Assembly (NCBI GenBank): GCA_037130135.1
Contig: JBAXTO010000001.1
Span: 675,061-739,060 of the forward strand
Length of the DNA: 64,000 nucleotides
Reading direction: 5' to 3'
DNA from: Bacteroidota bacterium
GTDB lineage: Bacteria; Bacteroidota; Bacteroidia; Chitinophagales; CAMDFR01
How positions within the stretch are numbered: position 1 is the first letter of the stretch; every line of letters begins with the position of its first letter. Below the pieces are notes generated by a model. That model ran no database searches and was not told where the DNA came from. It saw only the letters and a program-made list of their open reading frames with translations. Position numbers and translations under genes: made by a program. Shown here piece by piece: positions 19,102 through 27,860 of this stretch.

Positions 19102-19258
19102 CAATCAAATTCCTCCACTTCTTTTTTCAATACATTGATTTGTTTTTTTACAGCTATCAGGGTTTACCGCATTAGTAAAAAGTCAGGTAGAAAAAGGCAT
19201 TTAAAAATGTTGAATATTTTTAAATAATATTCAATAACTTAGCCTTAAAATTTAAAGC

Positions 19259-20146
19259 ATGAAAAAGTTATTACTTTTAATCCCTATTCTTTTTATAGTT
19301 ATTAGTATCAATACTTCTTGTAAAAAAAATACAGTGAAACCTAAATTGATATTCAAATTTAAGTTTGATAATACGCAAGAGCGATTAAATAATTTTGGCT
19401 TACCAAGTACGATACCTTCTACACATGGTGCGCAATCACCTATTTTCAATACCATGAGTGCACACTATATCGAGATATCGCCCAAAGATTCTATTTTATT
19501 AGGCTATGGAGAAGTTTTATACCGTGCGGCTGAAACAACTGCGGGTGGTGCGAATGCAATCGATTTTGATAAATCAGTAAATGCAAAAGAAGGGGAAACG
19601 TTTTTCTCTGTCGATTTAGATAAAGTAAAAGCGGGGACTTATAAAAACCTACGTGTTTCCTTAGCTTATCAAAATTATGATATCCAATATAAATATGATA
19701 CTTATACCTTTACGGGTACTATCGCATCCTTTGTAGGATTTAATACCTATATCAATTCGTATAAAATCAAAACGCAAACAAAAGCGGTGAATAGCAATAA
19801 GCTACAAGGATATTGGGGATTTGAAACCAATACATTAGGTATTAATAATGTATTTGAAGGTCAAGCACCTGCAGGAGCTACTACCGTTCCTAATATTTTA
19901 TATGGTATATCTGATATTCCAGCTGGCTCATGTGTAGTAACGGGTCATTTTGATCAAGACTTAGTAGTGACAGGCAATGAGACTAAAGATATAGTAATCA
20001 CCGTGTCACTTTCAACCAATAATAGTTTTGAATGGAATGATGTGGACGGCGATAATATCTATGAGCCAATCACTACAACAGGCGCCGTAAAAGATGTGGT
20101 GGTAGATATGGGTATTAGAGGATTGATAGGGAAAGTGGCTTATTAA
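19259..20146 (+). CDS. hypothetical lipoprotein
   Basis: 295 aa with a signal peptide and lipobox (ISINTSC). No family recognised. Confidence 0.5.
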   Translation: MKKLLLLIPILFIVISINTSCKKNTVKPKLIFKFKFDNTQERLNNFGLPSTIPSTHGAQSPIFNTMSAHYIEISPKDSILLGYGEVLYRAAETTAGGANAIDFDKSVNAKEGETFFSVDLDKVKAGTYKNLRVSLAYQNYDIQYKYDTYTFTGTIASFVGFNTYINSYKIKTQTKAVNSNKLQGYWGFETNTLGINNVFEGQAPAGATTVPNILYGISDIPAGSCVVTGHFDQDLVVTGNETKDIVITVSLSTNNSFEWNDVDGDNIYEPITTTGAVKDVVVDMGIRGLIGKVAY

Positions 20147-21123
20147 TTTTTATTTTCATAATACTCAAAGGCATCGATAATATCCAAGTACGTACCATCA
20201 AAATGAGCATCGATAATTTTTTGTAAATACGAATCGCTTGCATTACAAATAATATTTTGCCAATCGCTATTCCAATAACATACTTTGTAGTTGCCTGGCC
20301 AATCTGGATTTTGAGCTCCTAACCAAGCAGGACGTTGAATTTTCCATTTCTTCTGCCAATAATATCGATAGTTCTCTGCTTCGCCAATACTCATATAGCA
20401 GATCACCAATCGTTTTCCGCCATTTAATTTCACTTTTAATTGATCTATTTCAGCTGCAGTAAAAGCTTCTTCATTTTGAAATAAATCCATGACGATCACA
20501 TCATAATTGGTGTTTTTTACAGCCGTAATAAATTCACTTTTGCTAGCATAATTCGCTCCATTAATCAAATACAAAAAATTCTTTGCATCACGTAACGTAT
20601 TGATATCGCTTGCATTTTCATTGTGTATCGGATAAACGGGAATACTTGCTAACTCTCTATCAGGCGCACTAAAAGAGACATAGCCTTTATTTTCATTTTT
20701 AGTATAAACATGACTCATAAAAGAGGGCGTTGAACAGTAATCAATACATAAAATTGATTTTCCTGCACTTTTCATTTGGTCTAAGCTCAGCTCCCATGCG
20801 CTAGTAATATCAACAGGTGTAGCAACATTATCTTTATCATAACCATAATAGATATCTTCACGTGCTTGTCCATCAATCTTGCTTAAGTAATCGCTGTATA
20901 ATGCACCAGAAGCATCTATAGCTAGTTCTTGTCCGTTTTGTGTAATGATACTAAAAGAAGGATTTTGTGTTTTGGCTTTGGTACTAATTGTCGATACAAA
21001 ACTTCGCATTTCAGTTCGATAATCTACTTGATCATCGCATTTTTTACAAGCAAAAAAACTTGTTACAATAAGTGCTGTTACTAGTACTAAATTATAATAT
21101 TTAAGCATGAGCAGCTTTTGCAT
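20143..21123 (-). CDS. GH114-family endo-alpha-1,4-polygalactosaminidase-like lipoprotein
   Basis: 326 aa with lipobox FFAC. The YMSIGEAENYRYYW ... PDWPGNYKVCYWNSDWQNII ... FDGTYLDIIDAFEYY pattern matches COG2342/PF03537. Confidence 0.7.
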   Translation of the reverse strand: MQKLLMLKYYNLVLVTALIVTSFFACKKCDDQVDYRTEMRSFVSTISTKAKTQNPSFSIITQNGQELAIDASGALYSDYLSKIDGQAREDIYYGYDKDNVATPVDITSAWELSLDQMKSAGKSILCIDYCSTPSFMSHVYTKNENKGYVSFSAPDRELASIPVYPIHNENASDINTLRDAKNFLYLINGANYASKSEFITAVKNTNYDVIVMDLFQNEEAFTAAEIDQLKVKLNGGKRLVICYMSIGEAENYRYYWQKKWKIQRPAWLGAQNPDWPGNYKVCYWNSDWQNIICNASDSYLQKIIDAHFDGTYLDIIDAFEYYENKN

Positions 21124-23002
21124 CTAACTTTTCGAAAGGTGAATTATTACTGATATATTCAGGTACTAACTCTTTCATTTTAGTTACGATTTTGTCGTTT
21201 TGTTGCGTATTAAACAAATTGATAAGCTCATTAATATTACGTTCTACATCCTCAAAATTATATTCGCGTACAGAGGCAATCATTATTTTTTCGTGATGTG
21301 TAGGGATTGTATTTTCACTATTATTCAACAACTCTTCGTATAGTTTTTCTCCTGGACGTAAACCTGTAGTGCTAATATTAATATCTTTTCCTAATTCTAA
21401 GCCCGCTAGTTTTATCATATTTTTAGCTAGGTCGATAATCTTTACACTTTTACCCATATCAAAAATAAAAATCTCGCCCCCATTGCCCATCATCCCTGCT
21501 TCTAATACCAGTTGACAAGCTTCGGGAATAGTCATAAAAAATCGAGTGACATCCGGATGCGTAATCGTCAGTGGTCCCCCATTTTGCAATTGTTTTTTAA
21601 ACAACTGAATCACACTTCCATTACTCCCTAATACATTTCCAAAACGAGTAGTAATAAATTGTGTAGCATCTTTTTGCCCTTTAATTTTATTATTTAAACT
21701 TTGTACAAATATTTCAGCAATACGTTTGCTAGCGCCCATTACATTGGTTGGATTTACCGCTTTATCGGTACTTACCATCACAAATTTTTTCACTTTAAAT
21801 TCAACAGATAATTTAGCTAACGACATCGAGCCCATCACATTGGTAAGAATAGATTCGGATGGATTATTTTCCATCATCGGTACATGTTTGTAAGCAGCTG
21901 CATGATATACAAAATCGGGACGAAAATAATCAAATACTCTGCGCATACGTTCCTCATTACGAATATCCGCTAAAGCAATTTCAAAACGATCTTTATTGTA
22001 GAGATTATTTAATTCTAATTCGATTTCATATAATGGACTTTCAGCTTGATCGAGTACCATTACTTTCTCGGGATTATATTTTAGAATTTGGCGAACCATT
22101 TCACTTCCAATACTTCCTGCACCACCTGTAACGAGTATTTTGGCGCCTTTTATTTGACTTTGAATTTTAGAAATATCTAGTTGAATTGGATCTCTTTCTA
22201 ATAAACTTTCAATATTGATTTCTTTAAACTGATTGATAGATAATTGACCATTAATCCATTTTTCGCTATCCGGAACGTTCAATATTTTTAGTCCGTGTTT
22301 TAAGGCTTTATCTAAAGCCGTTTGTTTAGCTGTTAAGGGCACATTATTCTTACAAACCAATAATAAATCAGCTTTGGTTTTTTGAATAATTTTTTCAATA
22401 TCTTCTTCGATTAAAAAGATAGGCACGCCTTCAATATTTCGACCTTTCAATTGTTTTTCATTCGACAAAAAACCATTGATTTCGTAATTGATATTAATAT
22501 CTTGATCGAGTGTTTTTTTAGTGCTCAAAGCATCTTGACCAGTACCAAAAATTAATACATGTTTCGTCTCCGTATGTTTCGCTTCTTTTTCAATAATGTA
22601 AATTTTGGCTAATGCTCTGAAAGCTACTACTAGCATAGTACATAGTAACCAATCTATCAAGAGCACGGCGATTGGCATAAAATAGTAGCCTTTATAATAA
22701 TAGAAAATCAAATTGAAAATATAGAAAGAAAAAGACCCTACACTAGTTGCTAAAACAATACGTTTAATATCTTCAAAACCACTATAACGAATAAGTCCTG
22801 TATGTGTTCTAAAAATAAAAAAATATAAAACTCTAATCGCAAAAGTGAATGGAAGTCCAAAAGCTAAATGCTCGAGATAAACATGAGGTAATTTAAAATT
22901 AAAACGAAGATTAAAAGCTACATAAGTAGAAATCAATACGAGTATACTATCGATAAATAGTAACGTCCACTTATTACTTTTTTCGTAAATAGTATTAATC
23001 AT
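21101..23002 (-). CDS. membrane-anchored polysaccharide biosynthesis protein CapD/PglF/WbpM type (NDP-sugar 4,6-dehydratase)
   Basis: 633 aa with 4 N-terminal TM segments and two Rossmann regions (VTGGAGSIGSE), plus the typical YHAAAYKHVPMME and STDKAVNPTNVMGASKR motifs. Confidence 0.9.
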   Translation of the reverse strand: MINTIYEKSNKWTLLFIDSILVLISTYVAFNLRFNFKLPHVYLEHLAFGLPFTFAIRVLYFFIFRTHTGLIRYSGFEDIKRIVLATSVGSFSFYIFNLIFYYYKGYYFMPIAVLLIDWLLCTMLVVAFRALAKIYIIEKEAKHTETKHVLIFGTGQDALSTKKTLDQDININYEINGFLSNEKQLKGRNIEGVPIFLIEEDIEKIIQKTKADLLLVCKNNVPLTAKQTALDKALKHGLKILNVPDSEKWINGQLSINQFKEINIESLLERDPIQLDISKIQSQIKGAKILVTGGAGSIGSEMVRQILKYNPEKVMVLDQAESPLYEIELELNNLYNKDRFEIALADIRNEERMRRVFDYFRPDFVYHAAAYKHVPMMENNPSESILTNVMGSMSLAKLSVEFKVKKFVMVSTDKAVNPTNVMGASKRIAEIFVQSLNNKIKGQKDATQFITTRFGNVLGSNGSVIQLFKKQLQNGGPLTITHPDVTRFFMTIPEACQLVLEAGMMGNGGEIFIFDMGKSVKIIDLAKNMIKLAGLELGKDINISTTGLRPGEKLYEELLNNSENTIPTHHEKIMIASVREYNFEDVERNINELINLFNTQQNDKIVTKMKELVPEYISNNSPFEKLDAKAAHA

Positions 23003-23007
23003 TGGGA

Positions 23008-23823
23008 TTAGTATTGTTCTTTTTCATTAGGAAAATCATTGCTTTTTACATCTTGTATATATTCACCTACTGCGCCTTTAATCGATTCATACAAATTCAA
23101 ATATTTACGTAAAAATCGAGGTTGAAATTCATTATTAATTCCAAGCATATCGTGCACTACTAGAACTTGTCCGTCTACTCCCCCACCTGCACCAATCCCT
23201 ATGACAGGGATATGCAAATCTATGGCAACTTCGGTAGCTAATTTAGCTGGAATTTTTTCGAGTACTATAGAAAAGCAACCCAATGATTCGAGTAATTTAG
23301 CATCTTCTTTTAATTTTTGTGCTTCAAGAGTTTCTTTTGCACGTACGGTATAAGTACCAAATTTATAGATTGATTGAGGGGTAAGTCCTAAGTGCCCCAT
23401 AACAGGAATACCAGCGGATAAAATTCGTGTAATTGATTCTTGAATTTCAGCACCCCCTTCCATCTTAACTGCATGTGCGCCACTTTCTTTCATGATACGA
23501 ATAGCTGAATCGAGCGCTATACGGGAGTTTCCTTGATAGGAACCGAATGGAATATCCACCACCACCAAACATCTTTTAGCTGCACGTACTACCCCTTGTG
23601 CATGATAAATCATCTGATCTAAAGTAATAGGTAAAGTGGTTTCGTGACCTGCCATTACATTACTGGCGCTATCTCCTACTAAAATAATATCAATACCTGC
23701 ATCATCAACAATACGTGCCATAGAGAAATCATAGCTGGTAAGCATACTAATCTTCTCTCCATTATCTTTCATCGATTGAATGGTATGAGTTGTAATTCGT
23801 TTAATATCTTTGTTTACAGACAT
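23008..23823 (-). CDS. panB: 3-methyl-2-oxobutanoate hydroxymethyltransferase
   Basis: 271 aa with MLTSYD, LVGDS and GHLGLTPQS motifs. Confidence 0.95.
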   Translation of the reverse strand: MSVNKDIKRITTHTIQSMKDNGEKISMLTSYDFSMARIVDDAGIDIILVGDSASNVMAGHETTLPITLDQMIYHAQGVVRAAKRCLVVVDIPFGSYQGNSRIALDSAIRIMKESGAHAVKMEGGAEIQESITRILSAGIPVMGHLGLTPQSIYKFGTYTVRAKETLEAQKLKEDAKLLESLGCFSIVLEKIPAKLATEVAIDLHIPVIGIGAGGGVDGQVLVVHDMLGINNEFQPRFLRKYLNLYESIKGAVGEYIQDVKSNDFPNEKEQY

Positions 23824-23858
23824 GTAATAGTATTTTAGTGGAACAAAAATAAGTGTAT

Positions 23859-24815
23859 CTAGGCAGAATAACTAGGCAAAAGAACAGAATCTTTTAACAT
23901 ATTCCCTCTTAAAAACTCATCAGTTTGCATTCGTTTTTTCCCTTCTAGCTGCAATTCTGTAATCTGTATATAGCCATCTATAGTATAAATATGAATGAAC
24001 GTTTTATTATCGGTTTTCATCAAACCACTTACTTCATGGTGTTTGCAAGGCATAAATGTAGCTGCATGAAGTTTCAATATTTTATTATCAAGATAAGTAT
24101 ATGCGGCTGGAGCAGGTTGTAATCCTCGAATCAAATTATATATCTGATGGCCTGTTTGATTCCAATTGATTTTGCCTGTTTCTTTATGAATTTTGGGTGC
24201 AATAGGTAAATCTGTTGTAAATATTTGAGGAGAAGGAGCAGTGGTTTCGTTAGCAATTTGATTCAATGTCTCTAAGAGCAAATTTGCCCCAATATACATC
24301 ATTTTATCATGTACCATTCCAGCGGTATCTGTATCTTCAATTGGAAAAGATTCTTGTAAAATAATATTACCTGTATCTATTTCATGTTGCAGAAAAAAAG
24401 TGGTGACACCTGTTTCTTTCTCTCCATTAATAACTGCCCAATTGATAGGTGCTGCTCCTCTGTATTTAGGTAAAAGCGATCCATGTAAATTGATTGAACC
24501 TAAAGGTGGCATATTCCAAACTACTTCAGGCAACATACGAAAAGCTACAATAACAAATAAATCCGCTTCATACGATTTCAATATCTCGATGAATTGTGGG
24601 TCTTTCAAATTGCTAGGTTGTAATACGGGAATTTGATGTGCCACGGCATAATCTTTCACCGCAGTTGTTTGTATTTTCATTCCTCTACCTGCAGGTTTAT
24701 CTGGGGCTGTCACCACAGCCAATACCTGATGTGAAGATTGATGAATTTTATCTAATGAAGGAACAGCAAAATAAGGCGTTCCCATAAAAACAATTTTAAG
24801 TCTAGTATCTTTCAT
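23859..24815 (-). CDS. fmt: methionyl-tRNA formyltransferase
   Basis: 318 aa with [38 protein letters not shown] and a C-terminal Formyl_trans_C region. Confidence 0.95.
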   Translation of the reverse strand: MKDTRLKIVFMGTPYFAVPSLDKIHQSSHQVLAVVTAPDKPAGRGMKIQTTAVKDYAVAHQIPVLQPSNLKDPQFIEILKSYEADLFVIVAFRMLPEVVWNMPPLGSINLHGSLLPKYRGAAPINWAVINGEKETGVTTFFLQHEIDTGNIILQESFPIEDTDTAGMVHDKMMYIGANLLLETLNQIANETTAPSPQIFTTDLPIAPKIHKETGKINWNQTGHQIYNLIRGLQPAPAAYTYLDNKILKLHAATFMPCKHHEVSGLMKTDNKTFIHIYTIDGYIQITELQLEGKKRMQTDEFLRGNMLKDSVLLPSYSA

Positions 24816-24833
24816 GATTAAGATACAAAGGTA

Positions 24834-26132
24834 CTATTCAAAATCTGTATATATCAAATATTTCTTACGCATCATTTTATATGCTTGTAAGGGTTCTTGC
24901 CAGCTAGCCCGAATTTCATTTGCCTTAAGCCCTTGTTTAATTTGTTGACGTAATTCATCTGTACCAGCTAATAATTCAAAGAAATTATCTTCATGAAAAA
25001 ATTTACTTTTATTTACATCGAAAGATTGATACATATTGATCAAGTATTCAAGATTGATAGATCCATAGGATTTGTCTTCCGAATTATCAATCAGCGATAA
25101 ATCATATCCATAACAATTTTGGTCTTTGAAAGGTGGATTAGAAGCGGCTGCATTACTTTGAGGAATAAATGAAAAACTTGTTTTACTTTTTGAAGCATAG
25201 GGAGAGCCAATATATTGAAAGGCGTTATTAGTTCCTCTACCTACACTTACCTCTGTCCCTTCAAAAAAACAAATTGATGGATATAAGAATATGGCTCTAT
25301 CTGATTTTAAATTAGGCGAAGGAGCAACGGGTAAAGAATAATTCATGTGATGCGTATAATTTTTGCAAGGAGCAACTGTTAAATCACATTTTAAACTATC
25401 GCCCAACCAAGCTTCTTCATTAATCATTTGAGCCAATTCACCTATGGTACATCCATGAACCACTGGAATAGGGATGATTCCAACAAATGATTTATATTTC
25501 ATATCTAAAACAGGGCCGTCCACATAAAATCCATTGGGATTAGGTCGATCTAGAACTACAAATGGAATATGATTCTCGGCGCAAGCTTGCATCGTATAAT
25601 ACATAGTGGATATATAGGTATAGAAACGAGCACCTACATCTTGTATATCAAAAACAACTATATCAATACCAGCTAAATCATTTTTAGTAGGTTTAAATTT
25701 ACTACCATAAAGCGAAATGATTGGTAGTCCAGTTTTTTTATCTATTTGATTACTTATAGAAGCACCAGCATCTGCATTCCCTCTAAAACCATGTTCAGGA
25801 GCAAATATTTTTTTTACTTGAATTTCTGCTGATACAAGTGAATCGACTATATGAGTTCTATTACTGAAAATAGAAGTTTGGTTTACAACCAAAGCTACTT
25901 TTTTATCAGCTAGTAGATGCCAATATTCATTGATATTCTCACAGCCCAAAACCAATCGGGGTGGAACACGTATAGGATCTGTTTGAGTGGATGAAATTTG
26001 TTTTTTCTCCGCTTTACAAGAGGTAAATACTAGAAAAACCAATGCAATACATAAGTACTTTCTCAATTTTATTAGTTTGATATTGAAAGTGTATAAGTAG
26101 TAATTAATTCTAAATCTGAAGTAGCAGCACAT
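24834..26132 (-). CDS. DUF1343 family exo-beta-N-acetylmuramidase (NamZ-like) lipoprotein
   Basis: DUF1343 pattern (ALVVNQTS...FAPEHGFRG...FDIQDVGARFYTY...VLDRPNP). The ATG at 26132 overlaps the upstream gene by 61 nt. The in-frame TTG at 26066 (MRKYLCIALVFLVFTSC, lipobox) is the more plausible start. Confidence 0.8.
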   Translation of the reverse strand: MCCYFRFRINYYLYTFNIKLIKLRKYLCIALVFLVFTSCKAEKKQISSTQTDPIRVPPRLVLGCENINEYWHLLADKKVALVVNQTSIFSNRTHIVDSLVSAEIQVKKIFAPEHGFRGNADAGASISNQIDKKTGLPIISLYGSKFKPTKNDLAGIDIVVFDIQDVGARFYTYISTMYYTMQACAENHIPFVVLDRPNPNGFYVDGPVLDMKYKSFVGIIPIPVVHGCTIGELAQMINEEAWLGDSLKCDLTVAPCKNYTHHMNYSLPVAPSPNLKSDRAIFLYPSICFFEGTEVSVGRGTNNAFQYIGSPYASKSKTSFSFIPQSNAAASNPPFKDQNCYGYDLSLIDNSEDKSYGSINLEYLINMYQSFDVNKSKFFHEDNFFELLAGTDELRQQIKQGLKANEIRASWQEPLQAYKMMRKKYLIYTDFE

Positions 26133-26467
26133 GTACCTACCACTGAAAAACCTGCTGCACCTAGACTATTTAGCAATTGCATAAATACATTATTGCTTGG
26201 AGCTTGTTGTTTTACTTTCATAATGGTTTCAAATGATAATGTTGCAGTATTTTTCAAGGTACCATCATCTAAACCACTAATATTAATAGAATTAATATTT
26301 AAATCTTTTAGATACGATTTAGTCGTAATAATTATAAATGTATTTTTTTTCATTATAGATCCATCAGCATTCAAACTTATAGCTTCTGTGCTAGCTTGAA
26401 CTTGAGCATTTGAAAAATAAACAGTAGTGAACATTAAGAAAGTGATAACTATAAAAATCTTTTTCAT
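26072..26467 (-). CDS. hypothetical small secreted protein
   Basis: 131 aa with signal peptide MKKIFIVITFLMFTTVYFSNAQ. No family recognised. Confidence 0.45.
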   Translation of the reverse strand: MKKIFIVITFLMFTTVYFSNAQVQASTEAISLNADGSIMKKNTFIIITTKSYLKDLNINSINISGLDDGTLKNTATLSFETIMKVKQQAPSNNVFMQLLNSLGAAGFSVVGTCAATSDLELITTYTLSISN

Positions 26468-26525
26468 ATTATAATTTTATTTAGAGAATTAATAATAGCC
26501 AAATTTAATAATAGAAAATGAATAT

Positions 26526-27860
26526 TTGTATATTTATACGCTAAAAACTGATAATAATTTGTATACCCCTTTTTTTATATCGAAAAAAATAAGCAATAAC
26601 AAAAACTATTCTTTTTCGAAATTCATTATCAGAATTGCTACCATTGCCATAGCATTGAGTTTAAGCGTAATGATTATTGCTTCTTGTTTTGTGAATGGCT
26701 TCCAAAAAGAAATTGAAAATAAAATTTTTGGTTTTTGGGCTCATATTCATATCCAACCATATAGTGTACAAAAAAATATTTCTCAACGTGCTGTTGCTTC
26801 TTCGCTAAAACCCAAATTTACTGGCAACAAAAATATTGTACATATTCAAAATAATGGGAGTTGTGGTGCCTTGATTAAAACCAAAGAAGATTTTCAAGGT
26901 ATTATACTTCGTGGAGCTGATACTGATTTTTATTGGAGCGAATTTTCTAAATTTATTATTGAAGGAAAAGCATTAAGTCCTAAAACAGCCGGCTCTAGCG
27001 AACCTATTCTAATCTCCAATAGTATCGCTAAAAGTTTAAATATAAAATTGCATGATAAAGTGATTTTAAATTTCATGTCGGTACCCATCAAAATGAAGCA
27101 ATGTGAAGTATGTGGCATTTATAATAGCGGTTTAGAAGAATATGATAAACAATTTGCTTTTGTAAACATGTCGATGATACAAGAGCAAAATCATTGGGGA
27201 CCAGATTCAGTAGGAGGATTTGAAATTTTCCTGGATAAAAAAATCATCAAACATAGTAAGTTAAAAAATTATTATTTAGTACTTGGTAGTCCATTTATGA
27301 GCGAAGACTATTATAAGTCATTACTTAAAAATGAAATTGATCATCAAGTGAAAGAAATTGGTAATGCCTTTACAGTATCTGACTTAGAGGTGGTAAGCAT
27401 ACAAGAACTGGAGCCCAATATTTTCGATTGGTTATTAATGCAGAGTAGTACTGAAGTCATTATATTAACTATTATGTTTTTAGTAGCTATTTTAAATTTA
27501 GCAACCGCTTTATTGATATTAATTTTAGAGCGAACTAATATGATAGGCATTTTAAAATCTTTAGGAGCAAGCAATCTTTTCATCCGTATGATTTTTATTC
27601 GTCAAGGAGCCATCCTCATATTAAAAGGTTTACTCATTGGGAATATATTAGGTATTGGTTTATGTTATTTAGAACAACATTTTAAATTCATCAAGCTCTC
27701 ACCTGAATCATATTATGTAAGCGTAGCGCCTGTAGATATTGATTTTATGTGGATCTTGGGTTTAAATACGATCACCTTTATAACCTGCGTGATATCCTTA
27801 CTTATTCCCTCTTTATTGATTTCAAAAATCACTCCTATAAAAAGTATTCGATTTAAATAA
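26526..27860 (+). CDS. LolE/FtsX-family ABC transporter permease
   Basis: LolC/E-like layout (TM, periplasmic domain, FtsX 3-TM bundle, ..TPIKSIRFK end). The probable start is the in-frame TTG at 26559 (MYTPFFISKKI). Confidence 0.8.
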   Translation: MYIYTLKTDNNLYTPFFISKKISNNKNYSFSKFIIRIATIAIALSLSVMIIASCFVNGFQKEIENKIFGFWAHIHIQPYSVQKNISQRAVASSLKPKFTGNKNIVHIQNNGSCGALIKTKEDFQGIILRGADTDFYWSEFSKFIIEGKALSPKTAGSSEPILISNSIAKSLNIKLHDKVILNFMSVPIKMKQCEVCGIYNSGLEEYDKQFAFVNMSMIQEQNHWGPDSVGGFEIFLDKKIIKHSKLKNYYLVLGSPFMSEDYYKSLLKNEIDHQVKEIGNAFTVSDLEVVSIQELEPNIFDWLLMQSSTEVIILTIMFLVAILNLATALLILILERTNMIGILKSLGASNLFIRMIFIRQGAILILKGLLIGNILGIGLCYLEQHFKFIKLSPESYYVSVAPVDIDFMWILGLNTITFITCVISLLIPSLLISKITPIKSIRFK

